From Flavobacteriales bacterium (GTDB lineage Bacteria > Bacteroidota > Bacteroidia > Flavobacteriales > Flavobacteriaceae): a DNA stretch of 39,478 nt. The notes beneath the pieces are model-generated. The model was given only the letters and a program-made list of their open reading frames with translations, searched no databases and was not told the DNA's origin. Both the position numbers and the translations under genes were made by a program. How positions within the stretch are numbered: the first letter of the stretch is position 1; every line of letters starts with the position of its first letter. The stretch covers positions 1 through 39,478 of the forward strand of contig JBBSRP010000001.1 of assembly GCA_038242935.1 (NCBI GenBank). The letters are read 5' to 3'. Positions 1 to 9,618 of this stretch are shown piece after piece.

Positions 1-1140
1 AGCTATGCTTTTTATCTCCTTGATATCTGTTGGAAAAAGCACGAAACCCAATTCAAATTCTTCAGAATCGATGATTCTTTTAATATCAATTACCGATTTT
101 TTTACCGGTATATAATCTATTATTTCGTCATTTCGAAGATCGGCTATTCCGAGAATTGGCAGTAAAACTGTGTCATACAATATTTGCGCGTCAAGACCTT
201 GGAGTGCATCATCAAAAGAGAACTTTTCTAACTTTAGCGAAAGCGCATAAAATTCATTATCCAAATACATTCCAAATTCATGCTTCTTGTTTGGATGAAA
301 TAACTGCTGCGTCTTTACTTCAATTTGGAAGTTTTCTGAAATTCTTTCCAGAAATTCTTCTTTAGAAAGTCCATTTAGATCTTTTATTAATCTATTATAT
401 TCGTAAATTTTCACATTGCTATCGGCTATCAGAAAACTCATAAACATCGATGCAGATTCTTTCTTTGTTTCCAATTGCTCGTCAAAAAGCATTTCGGCAG
501 AAGCTGATCTGTGATGTCCGTCGGCAATATATAAATGACCTATTTCGTCAAATGTTTCTTGAAGAAATTCAATTTCAGCAGGATCATCAACCTTCCATAA
601 ATAGTGAATATCTTTTACGTTTGTCGCAAATTCAAAATCTGCCAAAACCGATGTTTTATCCTTTATCCACTTATCAATTTTTTTATTGTCCGGATAACTC
701 ATTAAGACTGGCTCGGTATTAAAACCGGCGTAATTTAGGTAGTCTTTAAATAATTCTACTCTATATTGAAGTGTATCCTCATGTTTTTTGATGAGATCAT
801 TTTTGTAATCATCAATAGATGTTGCAAGAATTATTCCAGTAAAAGTGTTGTTCTCGGCCTTAATTTGATGTACATATACCGCAGGCTTTTCATCTTGAAT
901 TAAAATCATGTCATTTTTAAAATCCTGATATTTTTGATGCACGAGTCTAAAGCGCTTTTCAAAAGTAATTTTCTGCTGATTTGTATAAGCAGGATTCAAG
1001 ATATGTAAAAAAGACAGTGGATTAAAGTCCAACTGAGATGCAAGTTCTGCTGCTGAGTATTCTTCGTACGAACGAGAAGTGACCAAACTTACCTTGTCGC
1101 GAGTTGGTCGAAATGCTTTAAATGGATATATTTTTGCCAA
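1..1140 (-). CDS. DUF1015 family protein (ParB/Srx-like fold), 3' end runs off the window
   Basis: Absent from the ORF track because it has no stop in the window. Manual translation from TTG at 1140 gives MAKIYPFKAFRPTRDKVSLV, then LYIADGHHRSASA, IYEYNRLIKDLNGLS and EFELGFVLFPTDIKEIKSIA in the same frame. These are typical DUF1015 motifs. Confidence 0.85.
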   Translation of the reverse strand, partial: MAKIYPFKAFRPTRDKVSLVTSRSYEEYSAAELASQLDFNPLSFLHILNPAYTNQQKITFEKRFRLVHQKYQDFKNDMILIQDEKPAVYVHQIKAENNTFTGIILATSIDDYKNDLIKKHEDTLQYRVELFKDYLNYAGFNTEPVLMSYPDNKKIDKWIKDKTSVLADFEFATNVKDIHYLWKVDDPAEIEFLQETFDEIGHLYIADGHHRSASAEMLFDEQLETKKESASMFMSFLIADSNVKIYEYNRLIKDLNGLSKEEFLERISENFQIEVKTQQLFHPNKKHEFGMYLDNEFYALSLKLEKFSFDDALQGLDAQILYDTVLLPILGIADLRNDEIIDYIPVKKSVIDIKRIIDSEEFELGFVLFPTDIKEIKSIA

Positions 1141-1164
1141 AATTATGTTTTAATTTCTATTCTG

Positions 1165-2058
1165 TTAATTTTTCTGAAATTGTTTTGCAACATTTTCAGC
1201 TTTCTTAGTCATAGAATAATCATAAAATCCTTCGCCAGACTTAACTCCCAACTTCCCTGCACGAACCATATTTACCAATAGAGGACAAGGCGCATATTTA
1301 GGATTTTTAAATCCATTGTACATCACTTCCAAGATTGCTAGACAAACGTCAAGACCAATAAAATCTGCTAATTGCAAAGGTCCCATAGGATGAGCCATAC
1401 CAAGCTTCATCAATGTATCTATTTCGTATACGCCAGCAACACCATGATATAAAGTTTCGATAGATTCGTTGATCATCGGCATTAGGATACGATTTGCAAC
1501 AAAACCAGGATAATCGTTCACTTCCACTGGAGTTTTACCCAATTTTTGAGACATTTCCATAATGGTTTGTGTCACTTCATCAGACGTATTGTAACCGCGA
1601 ATAATTTCGACTAATTTCATAATCGGCACCGGATTCATAAAGTGCATCCCGATAACGCGTTCAGGATGACTTACTACTGCTCCAATTTGAGTAATAGAAA
1701 TAGAAGAAGTATTTGTAGCCAAGATTGTATCTGACTCGCAATATTCATTTAGTTTCTTGAAAATATCAAGCTTTAAAGTAACATTTTCTGTTGCTGCTTC
1801 TACTACAAGATCTGCTCCAGCAACGCCATCTTTAATATCTGTATACGTAATAATATTGCCAATAGTTGCAAGTTTTTCTTGCTCTGTAATAGTTCCTTTA
1901 GAAAGCATTCTGTCAAGGTTGCCAGCAATTGTAGCCATTCCTTTGTCAAGTGATTTCTCTGAAATATCAATAAGTCTTACTGTAAATCCTTTTTGTGCAA
2001 ATGTGTGCGCAATACCATTACCCATGGTTCCAGCTCCAATTACTGCTATATTCTTCAT
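1165..2058 (-). CDS. hbd: 3-hydroxybutyryl-CoA dehydrogenase
   Basis: GAGTMGNG Rossmann motif, LATNTSSISIT, GMHFMNPVPIMKLVE, PGFVANR, HPMGPLQLADFIGLD, LGVKSGEGFY. Confidence 0.93.
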   Translation of the reverse strand: MKNIAVIGAGTMGNGIAHTFAQKGFTVRLIDISEKSLDKGMATIAGNLDRMLSKGTITEQEKLATIGNIITYTDIKDGVAGADLVVEAATENVTLKLDIFKKLNEYCESDTILATNTSSISITQIGAVVSHPERVIGMHFMNPVPIMKLVEIIRGYNTSDEVTQTIMEMSQKLGKTPVEVNDYPGFVANRILMPMINESIETLYHGVAGVYEIDTLMKLGMAHPMGPLQLADFIGLDVCLAILEVMYNGFKNPKYAPCPLLVNMVRAGKLGVKSGEGFYDYSMTKKAENVAKQFQKN

Positions 2059-2081
2059 TAAAATATTTTTTATATTATTGT

Positions 2082-3059
2082 TTAAATAGTTGTTTTTGTG
2101 TCAAAACAATCAATGATTTGGTAAGCGACGCGCAATGCTTCGGTACCATGTTCTAAGGTTACCACAGGCTCAGTGTCTGTATTTATTGCTTCAGCAAAAC
2201 TTTCAAGTTCTGCAAATATGGCGTTGTTATGCTCAACTTCGGGATTTGCAAAATAAATTTGCTTTTTAATCCCTTCTGCATTTTGCAAAATCATATCAAA
2301 ATCTCCTGGTACTTCGGGTGCTTCTTTCATCTTTACTACCTCTCATTTTTTCTCTAAAAAATCTACAGAAATGTAAGCATCCTTTTGAAAAAACCGTGAT
2401 TTGCGCATATTCTTTAATGAAATTCTTGATGCAGTGAGGTTTGCAACGCAACCATTTTCAAACTCGATTCTAGCATTGGCTATATCTGGTGTTTCAGAAA
2501 TTACCGCGATTCCACTGGCGTGAATTTCTTTTACTTTAGAATGGACAACGCTTAATATTGCATCTATATCATGAATCATCAAATCCAATACAACTGGCAC
2601 ATCAGTACCTCTTGGATTAAACTCCGCAAGACGATGTGATTCTATAAACATCGGATTCTCAATCATGGATTTTATTGCAATAAATGCAGGGTTAAAGCGT
2701 TCCACGTGCCCCACTTGTCCTTTGACGTTATACTCTTTTGCAAGAGCGATAATTTCTTCAGCTTCTGCAACAGTATTAGAAATGGGTTTTTCTATAAAAA
2801 TATGTTTGCCAGATTTAATAGCAACTTTTGCGCATTTATAATGAGAAAGAGTAGGCGTAACAATATCTATAACATCAACAGCTGTAAGCAGTGTGGCAAT
2901 AGTTTTAAATTGTTTATAGCCAAATTCCTTGGCAACTCTCTCGCCGTTTTCATGATTTTCATCGTAAAAACCCACAAGTTCAAATTTTTCAGATTCTTGA
3001 AGTAGTCGCAAGTGTATCTTACCTAGGTGACCCGCACCCAAAACGCCTATTTTAAGCAT
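2082..3059 (-). pseudogene. Gfo/Idh/MocA oxidoreductase (GnnA-like UDP-GlcNAc 3-dehydrogenase) interrupted by one in-frame TGA at 2343-2345
   Basis: ORFs 2343..3059 and 2082..2330 are in the same frame: ...SVDFLEKK*EVVKMKEAPEVPGD... Motifs GAGHLG, IEKP, GHVERFNPA and DLMIHDID are present. The joined product is about 325 codons, normal for the family. Could be a nonsense allele, a sequencing error or readthrough. Confidence 0.8.
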
Positions 3060-3075
3060 AGAATTGTATTTTGTA

Positions 3076-3083
3076 CAAAAATA
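3076..3083 (-). promoter_or_regulatory. Bacteroidetes -7 promoter box (TATTTTTG) for the oxidoreductase-hbd-DUF1015 unit
   Basis: Exact TAnnTTTG 16 nt upstream of the ATG at 3059. Confidence 0.6.
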
Positions 3084-3192
3084 CTAATAAAAAGATAACC
3101 TATAAGTCCTTCCAGCAATAATTTAGGTCATAGCGTCGGACGAGTAGAAATGTTAACATAGAAATTGCCCTTTTCTATTCTGAAACTATTAA

Positions 3193-3209
3193 TATCTTTG
3201 CTATTTTTG
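3193..3209 (+). promoter_or_regulatory. Two adjacent -7 boxes (TATCTTTG, TATTTTTG) upstream of pcm
   Basis: Two exact TAnnTTTG matches at 3193-3200 and 3202-3209. Confidence 0.55.
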
Positions 3210-3231
3210 TAAAAAATCACTCATATATATT

Positions 3232-3873
3232 TTGAAAGATACTGGAAAACATCAAGGGCTTAGAAATCAGCTTGTTCAAACATTACACGAAAAAGGAATA
3301 AAGGACGCAAATGTATTAAAAGCCATTGGCAGCATACCGCGACACCTATTTCTTAATTCTAGTTTTGCAGATTATGCTTATCAAGATAAAGCGTTTCCTA
3401 TTGCTGCTGGTCAAACAATTTCACAGCCTTATACAGTTGCGTTTCAAACTGAACTTCTTCAAGTAAAATCCGGAGATAAAGTCCTAGAGATCGGGACAGG
3501 TTCTGGTTATCAAACCGCTGTATTATTTACTGTTGGTGCAAAGGTGTACAGTGTCGAGAGACAAAATGAACTCTTTAAACAGACATCATTATTACTTCCT
3601 AAGCTTGGAATAAATCCAAAACATCTATCTTTTGGTGATGGCTATAAAGGTCTTCCACTGCACGCACCTTTTGACAGTATAATCGTCACGGCTGGCGCTC
3701 CTTTTATCCCGCAGCCACTTATGGCTCAGTTAAAGATAGGAGGAAGACTAGTGATTCCGTTGGGAGAAGATCATCAAATTATGACACTTCTAATCCGAAA
3801 AACGGAAAGTCAATTTGAAAAACATGAATTCGGAGAATTTCGTTTTGTTCCTTTATTAGAAAATAAAAACTAG
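3232..3873 (+). CDS. pcm: Protein-L-isoaspartate(D-aspartate) O-methyltransferase
   Basis: PRHLF, GQTISQPY, VLEIGTGSGYQTAVL, APFDSIIVTAG, QLKIGGRLVIP, FVPL. TTG start. Confidence 0.95.
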   Translation: MKDTGKHQGLRNQLVQTLHEKGIKDANVLKAIGSIPRHLFLNSSFADYAYQDKAFPIAAGQTISQPYTVAFQTELLQVKSGDKVLEIGTGSGYQTAVLFTVGAKVYSVERQNELFKQTSLLLPKLGINPKHLSFGDGYKGLPLHAPFDSIIVTAGAPFIPQPLMAQLKIGGRLVIPLGEDHQIMTLLIRKTESQFEKHEFGEFRFVPLLENKN

Positions 3874-3910
3874 AAGTTACTAAAATTGCTAATTGAAAAA
3901 TTGTTCCTAC

Positions 3911-4369
3911 TTAATTATTGAAGTTTTTCTTAATTCTTTGGAGGTCTCTTTTGGTGTCTTGTTCCTTGAGAGATTCTCGCTTGTCATAAGTCTTTTTACC
4001 TCTACAAAGCCCGATTTCTAACTTTGCCAAACCTCTTTCATTTGTAAAGAGTCTAAGTGGAACGATAGTAAGTCCCTTCGCCTGAACACTACGAGCTAAG
4101 CTTTTAAGCTCTTTTTTCTTGAGCAATAATTTTCTTTCGGAGCGAGCTTTGTGGTTAAATTGATTTCCGAAAGTGTATTCTTCAATATAGGTATTGATCG
4201 CAAAAAGTTCGTTATTTTCAAATTCGCAAAAGCTTTCGGTAATGTTAGCCTTTCCTAATCTGATGGACTTTATTTCTGTACCTGCGAGAACGATTCCTGC
4301 ATTGAATGTTTCGATTACTTCATAATCAAATCGAGCTCTTTTATTGTAGATATTTATTGTTTTCAGCAT
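3911..4369 (-). CDS. smpB: SsrA-binding protein SmpB
   Basis: [43 protein letters not shown]. The probable start is the ATG at 4369 (152 aa), because the longer ORF start overlaps the promoter. Confidence 0.97.
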   Translation of the reverse strand: MLKTINIYNKRARFDYEVIETFNAGIVLAGTEIKSIRLGKANITESFCEFENNELFAINTYIEEYTFGNQFNHKARSERKLLLKKKELKSLARSVQAKGLTIVPLRLFTNERGLAKLEIGLCRGKKTYDKRESLKEQDTKRDLQRIKKNFNN

Positions 4370-4375
4370 AGTGTG

Positions 4376-4406
4376 CAAATGTATGAACAAATCCTTTAAA
4401 GTACAA
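4376..4406 (-). promoter_or_regulatory. Bacteroidetes housekeeping promoter of smpB (TTG-N20-TACATTTG)
   Basis: -7 box at 4376-4383 and TTG at 4404-4406 with 20-nt spacing. Confidence 0.7.
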
Positions 4407-4443
4407 TTATATACAGTCAGTGAATATTTAAATCCTAGTTTTA

Positions 4444-6273
4444 TTAACGATAATCCACCTCCTGCGGCTTTCCAATTTCAAAATCCTGAAATCCAAAGTC
4501 ACTCGTTTTGAATGTATTGGTTTTGATGATATTATGGCCGTCCCCAGGAAGAGAAGGGTAGTAAGCAAGGGACAATTGGAACGAGCTGAAAACTAGATAG
4601 TCATTACTGACAATTACTCCAAGCCCAACTTGGGAGTATAATTTACTGCCAAGTAATTCAGAAGTTGTATTGCCAAGCAGTGCCATGCTATAAATGAAAT
4701 AAGGATTGATTCTAAAACCTCCAAAATTCCATGGCGAATAACCCTGTGTTTGTAAAGTCAGCATTAACTTTTTGTTTCCGTAAAGTTCAGGGTTGTTTAA
4801 ACCATGAATGCCATTTTCCTCGTTGATATTAATCATATCGCCTTTTGATCGCTCACGATTATCACCAATTACAGTACGAAATTTGACAAATTGTCTAAAA
4901 TTCCAGTTATGATAGGGTAGAAGATTCGTAAAATAGTTTGCCTGTATAGTAACAGCAGTTCTTGTCGTGGATTTATTACTAAAATATGTTCCATACTCAG
5001 TATTTCCACTAATATATCCCCAGTCGTAGTATCTGCCGATAGAAAATTTTGCGCCTGCATACGGATAAGTATAATCATTCTTTCTGAGCGTCCCCCCAGT
5101 AATTGCAATAATTCTGCCTACAGGAACATCTTCAATAACACCATAATTAAATATATATTTATCCTGCACATATTTTCTAGAAGATAGTGCTATTCCTCCA
5201 AGAAAGAGTTTTTCGCTACTGTAAAAGCTGACAGTATCAAAAGCGACCTCCGGACGTTCGACATAATCTTTATTAAGAAATCTTGCTGTAAAAATTAAGT
5301 TAGTGGTTCTATCATTTTGTTGTCCACCTTTAAATATGTTAAATGAAACTCCAGCCCAATAATCTTGAGAATTGTATTTAAAATTCTGCAACTTATAGCT
5401 CTTATCTTTGTTAGCGATTGTATCCCTCTGAAATTGCTGATCAAAATAAGCGCCTGCTCCCCAGCGGGTAAAAGCCGATACAAATGGACGTTCCATATCA
5501 ATTGATTTCCGGTAATTATCATCCAAATCAATATCATACTCAACCGCACTACTAATAAACGTGTTCATTATATTTGGTATAGTGTACTTTGCACTATAAG
5601 CATTTTTTTTTGTATCTATTTCGCGCTGATAGCGATTTTCCCATTGATGTCCAAGCCCTAAAAAGTTCCGTTCTTTTAAGTAGAAGTTTGTTCTACTTGT
5701 GGAGCCTGAAAAGTTCGGAATTAAACTCCATGAATCTAATACTCGAATATCAATGTCTACCGAGTCAGTGCTTGTAGCTAATAGTATTGGTTGCACCACA
5801 ACGCCACGTACGAACTGTTGGGAACGAATTAGACGTTCAGATTCTTTCATTAAAAGTGAATCTAGAGGTTTATTTCTTTTAATAAGCAAAAGGTTTTTTA
5901 TTGCTAATTCTTTAGTTTTGAGGTGAGCGCGATTGCCAAGTATAGATAAGCTTTTTGTTGGTTTTCTTGTAGTGTCGGTTTCTGAGTATCCAAATGGATC
6001 TAAGGTTGTAATATTGATATTTCTGATAATTCTTCCCTCGTATTTTTGGTAAGATTCAGGTCGTACAGTTTTTGCACGATTCTTTTTACCACTGCTTCGT
6101 GACTTAACCGGCTGGAAAATCAGCTTATGTACAAATTTTGTAAACTTCCGTTTTTCTGAATACTCTTCTATTTTTTTATAAACTTCAGTTGAATCTTTCT
6201 CTTGCGACATTGCAGAGAATGTCGTCAGGAAAAAACATGATAATAGAAATATAAATTGAAGTTTAGAGTGCAT
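4444..6273 (-). CDS. Outer-membrane protein, Omp85/BamA-TamA-like (POTRA-like segment plus beta-barrel), function unknown
   Basis: The signal peptide from ATG 6273 ([23 protein letters not shown]|Q) is followed by a POTRA-like region ([11 protein letters not shown]...ESERLIRS...[11 protein letters not shown]). ERNFLGLGH resembles the first Omp85 barrel strand, and the C-terminal half has aromatic-rich amphipathic strands. Confidence 0.7.
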   Translation of the reverse strand: MHSKLQFIFLLSCFFLTTFSAMSQEKDSTEVYKKIEEYSEKRKFTKFVHKLIFQPVKSRSSGKKNRAKTVRPESYQKYEGRIIRNINITTLDPFGYSETDTTRKPTKSLSILGNRAHLKTKELAIKNLLLIKRNKPLDSLLMKESERLIRSQQFVRGVVVQPILLATSTDSVDIDIRVLDSWSLIPNFSGSTSRTNFYLKERNFLGLGHQWENRYQREIDTKKNAYSAKYTIPNIMNTFISSAVEYDIDLDDNYRKSIDMERPFVSAFTRWGAGAYFDQQFQRDTIANKDKSYKLQNFKYNSQDYWAGVSFNIFKGGQQNDRTTNLIFTARFLNKDYVERPEVAFDTVSFYSSEKLFLGGIALSSRKYVQDKYIFNYGVIEDVPVGRIIAITGGTLRKNDYTYPYAGAKFSIGRYYDWGYISGNTEYGTYFSNKSTTRTAVTIQANYFTNLLPYHNWNFRQFVKFRTVIGDNRERSKGDMININEENGIHGLNNPELYGNKKLMLTLQTQGYSPWNFGGFRINPYFIYSMALLGNTTSELLGSKLYSQVGLGVIVSNDYLVFSSFQLSLAYYPSLPGDGHNIIKTNTFKTSDFGFQDFEIGKPQEVDYR

Positions 6274-6373
6274 TGATTTCTTTAATATTAAACGTAAGAT
6301 GGACGTATTTTGCAATGTCTCAAATATCAAAATTTTACGTCCAAGTAAAAAAGGATTGTTTCTGCACTACATC

Positions 6374-8641
6374 TTACTGTCCTATCACTCTTTTGTCGGG
6401 CGAGATAAAAGCGTTTTTAAGTACAGTGGGAAACTTCTTCTCTATACATAATCTAGCCAGTAGATAACTTATTGTTGATTCAGCACCTTGATTAAGATTT
6501 ACATTTCCTTCTTCCAGACCATCAAAACAGCCTCCCGTGCAAGGATTGTAGATTGTTCTGCTCAAATGATTTCTGCCTAAAAACCAGTCAAATGCACTTT
6601 TCATTTTTACGAGATATTGGTCTTCTTTATATACGTCATAAAAACTATCTAAAGCAAGAATTGTATAAGCTACATCTATTGGTTGCTCCCCAAATTCTTC
6701 TGCTTTGCCCCCTTTTTTAAACCAACCGTTATTTGAGATTACTTTTATTTCGCCCGTTTTTAAAAATGTTTTTGATAAAAGAAAATCGAAAGATTCTTTA
6801 GCAATTACGGAATATTTTTCATCTTTTGTTTCTAAAAATGCATCCAACATTGCTTCGGGAAGCACGCTATTGGCATAGGTCAAGTAACTTTCAAACCAAT
6901 TCCATTTCTCTTCTGATTCGTGTCGGTACATTTGAACTAATCGGTCCGCCAGAGTAATGATTAACTTGGTGGCAGCTGGATCTTTCTGTGATTTATTATA
7001 TAGATATAAACCTTTGATTGCAAAGGCCATTGATCGAGAAGAATGTGCAGTTGCAACATAATTAAATGTTCTTCGTAAAGTAGTTATTGCTTGTGCTTTT
7101 AAGGTTGAGTGTATTTTATCGCAACCATCAATTAAAGCACCCAAGGCCCAAATTGCACGACCATTAGAATCTTCCAAATTACACTCGTAATTTTGTTTTG
7201 TAAAAATTCTTTTGTCGTCAACATAATTTAAGAAACTTCCATCATTTTGTTGACAGAAAGTGATGAAATCTAAATATTTCTGTAGTTCGCATGTGTCATG
7301 ATCAGTTCCATCCATCGCAATCTTTTTGACAACAGCAATCATTGTTCTTGCATTATCATCTAGTGTGTAGCCGCTCGTCCTATCTGGCTCATTCAATTTA
7401 CAAAACTGATAGATGCCAAAATCAGTGGTCATTTTATAAACATGTTTAAAAGATATTTTGGGATTTTTGTACGTTAATTGAATAACGTTCCCAGTCAATT
7501 CCTGAAAGAGCTTAGCATGCGATATGGCAGAATTCTCCCAAACAGTTGTCATTATTTTATGTAAGCCATTCAACCGCATGTTCGTGCGAAGAGTAACATC
7601 AAAGAGTAGTTTGTTGATAGCTTCAGATAATGCTTCGGAATCTTCACGCGGAACAATTAAGCCTGAATCATTATTCAAAAATTCTATAGCATGGGGAATA
7701 GGAGTACTTATTATTGCACAACCACAACTCGCAGCGTAAACAAATGTTCCACTTACAGCCTGATTTGGATCTTTGGATGTAAATAAATAAATATCTGTCA
7801 ATTGCAAATACTCCATCAATTCCTCAAGACCTACGTATTTATTTATAAACTTTACATTGTTCTGGAGATGAAGTTCTTTTACCTTATTCTCTAAAAAATT
7901 ACGGTATTTTTCTCCTTCATTTTTAATCACGCCTGGATGAGTTTTGCCTATAATAAGAAACAACACGTCTGGCTTGGTCTTAATTACTTTTGGTAAAGCA
8001 TCCAAAGTAGTTTCTATGGATTTTCCTGAACTTAAAAGACCAAAAGTAGATAGTACTTTTCTATCCCCAAATCCAAATTTATTTTTTAAGATCTGTTTGT
8101 TTTCGTGATCAACAAAGTGCGTTCCGTGCGGAATAACATGTATTTTTTCTGCAGCAATATTATATTGATCGACAAGGATTTTCTTCGAATTTTCAGTCAT
8201 TACTAAAACGCCATTGCTCTGTGCGCAGATATTACAGACGTTCTCTGAAAGTCCTAAGTTCGGATTTGGTAATATGGTATGAAATGCTAACAGAGTTTTT
8301 TTATTAATATTTTTTAACATTAATTTAAAATCTTCCTCGTGATTGGCGTAAAATCCGAATTCATGCTGATAAACCACCAGCGCAATAGTATCATCCGAGT
8401 TTATAATCTGAGTAATATCCTCAAAGCTGTTTACTTTGTCAACATTCAAAATGTAATCAACATCTTCGCTATCGTACTTAAATTGCTCGTTTGCATTTTC
8501 CAACGCACATATTTTGATGCTAAAACAATCCTCGAACTTGTCTTTTATTGCGCGAATTAAGTCATAAGAATAGGTCGCTATCCCACATTCTCTAGGTGGG
8601 TATGATGTTACAAGTAATATTTTTGCGCTGGATTCTTGCAT
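6374..8641 (-). CDS. GT4-family glycosyltransferase fused to a C-terminal (alpha/alpha)6 glycosidase-like domain
   Basis: The N-terminal part has SYPPRECGIATY, VIPHG, TFGLLSSGKSIE and QAVSGT (GT-B fold). The C-terminal part has GYTLDDNAR, DSNGRAIWALG, WFESYLTYANS, EQPID and GGCFDGL...NLNQGAEST. Confidence 0.85.
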   Translation of the reverse strand: MQESSAKILLVTSYPPRECGIATYSYDLIRAIKDKFEDCFSIKICALENANEQFKYDSEDVDYILNVDKVNSFEDITQIINSDDTIALVVYQHEFGFYANHEEDFKLMLKNINKKTLLAFHTILPNPNLGLSENVCNICAQSNGVLVMTENSKKILVDQYNIAAEKIHVIPHGTHFVDHENKQILKNKFGFGDRKVLSTFGLLSSGKSIETTLDALPKVIKTKPDVLFLIIGKTHPGVIKNEGEKYRNFLENKVKELHLQNNVKFINKYVGLEELMEYLQLTDIYLFTSKDPNQAVSGTFVYAASCGCAIISTPIPHAIEFLNNDSGLIVPREDSEALSEAINKLLFDVTLRTNMRLNGLHKIMTTVWENSAISHAKLFQELTGNVIQLTYKNPKISFKHVYKMTTDFGIYQFCKLNEPDRTSGYTLDDNARTMIAVVKKIAMDGTDHDTCELQKYLDFITFCQQNDGSFLNYVDDKRIFTKQNYECNLEDSNGRAIWALGALIDGCDKIHSTLKAQAITTLRRTFNYVATAHSSRSMAFAIKGLYLYNKSQKDPAATKLIITLADRLVQMYRHESEEKWNWFESYLTYANSVLPEAMLDAFLETKDEKYSVIAKESFDFLLSKTFLKTGEIKVISNNGWFKKGGKAEEFGEQPIDVAYTILALDSFYDVYKEDQYLVKMKSAFDWFLGRNHLSRTIYNPCTGGCFDGLEEGNVNLNQGAESTISYLLARLCIEKKFPTVLKNAFISPDKRVIGQ

Positions 8642-8846
8642 ATTAGAAATGTTTTGCGGTATGATATAGACTTTTATTACTGAATAACTAAAACAGTCAT
8701 AAGAATCGCTTATTAAAATACTTATTATTATTAGAAAAAGGCTTCAGCAATGTGATTTACTAAGATAAGTAAATTTCGTCTTTTAAAATTTAATTGATCT
8801 TATAATACTACTTCAAAAATTTATATCATCTGGAATTAGTAATCAC

Positions 8847-9617
8847 TTATTTCTTAGCAGCTTTCTCCTTTTCTTCTTGAGCTTTTTCTTTCTCTTTACG
8901 AGCCTTTTCTTTATCTTTTTCGATAGCCTTTAATCTTTTCTCTTCTGCTTTTTGCTTTTTCTTAAAAAATCCTCGCAGCAAAAAATTATCTTTTGCAGCC
9001 TCCATATTTTCGTTTAATCCTTTCGTGCCTTTTTTAAGATTTCCAATGGTTTTATCTAAATTTTCAGCAATTTGTTCATCGTTGATCAACCGACCTAAAG
9101 TACCTTCACCCTTATTAATTTTGTAAAGAATCTGAGTGATTTCTTCTGATGCAATAGCGGCATTACCTGCTGTGACTTCCAATCCATGCATAATCTCATC
9201 CATTTCTACAGGTTCATTTGATTCTATCAGTTGATTGTCTGCAATAGATTTTGAACTAGCATCTCCGTTTGAAATTGTTATAATTTTGTCACCTATAATT
9301 CCTTCTGAACCAATTCCGGCTTCTGAGTCTACTTTAATAAATTTTCTGACATCTTCTTTAATTAACATTTTTACTTGAACAGTAGTATCGTTGATAATTG
9401 TAATTCTATCAACTGTTCCGACATTAATTCCTGAAAAACGTACTGAATTTCCCACTTGTAATCCACTTACGTTATTAAAACGTGTTGAAAGTGTAAAAAC
9501 AGGATCGAACAGATTCTTTTGCTTACCAATTACAAATATGGCCAGCATAAATAGACCTATTCCTATTATTACAAATAGACCTAATCGTACTTTAAATTTT
9601 GGTGTTTGATTTGCCAT
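8847..9617 (-). CDS. mlaD: MlaD/MCE family substrate-binding protein
   Basis: The probable start is ATG 9617 (MANQTPKFKVRLGLFV). One N-terminal TM helix, MCE motifs VSGLQVGNSVRFSGINVGTV and EGIIGDKIITI, and a helical region with GEGTLGRLIND. Confidence 0.88.
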   Translation of the reverse strand: MANQTPKFKVRLGLFVIIGIGLFMLAIFVIGKQKNLFDPVFTLSTRFNNVSGLQVGNSVRFSGINVGTVDRITIINDTTVQVKMLIKEDVRKFIKVDSEAGIGSEGIIGDKIITISNGDASSKSIADNQLIESNEPVEMDEIMHGLEVTAGNAAIASEEITQILYKINKGEGTLGRLINDEQIAENLDKTIGNLKKGTKGLNENMEAAKDNFLLRGFFKKKQKAEEKRLKAIEKDKEKARKEKEKAQEEKEKAAKK

Positions 9618-9618
9618 T

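Noticed and set aside
156-722. Plus-strand ORFs 156..365 and 450..722
   Set aside because: They are antisense shadows of the DUF1015 gene on the minus strand.
2290-2345. Selenocysteine codon with a bacterial SECIS as the explanation for the in-frame TGA
   Set aside because: The downstream sequence is purine-rich and gives no convincing hairpin beyond a GGTA/TACC pair. The GPx in this window uses TGT Cys, and no sel genes are in view. Kept only as a minor alternative.
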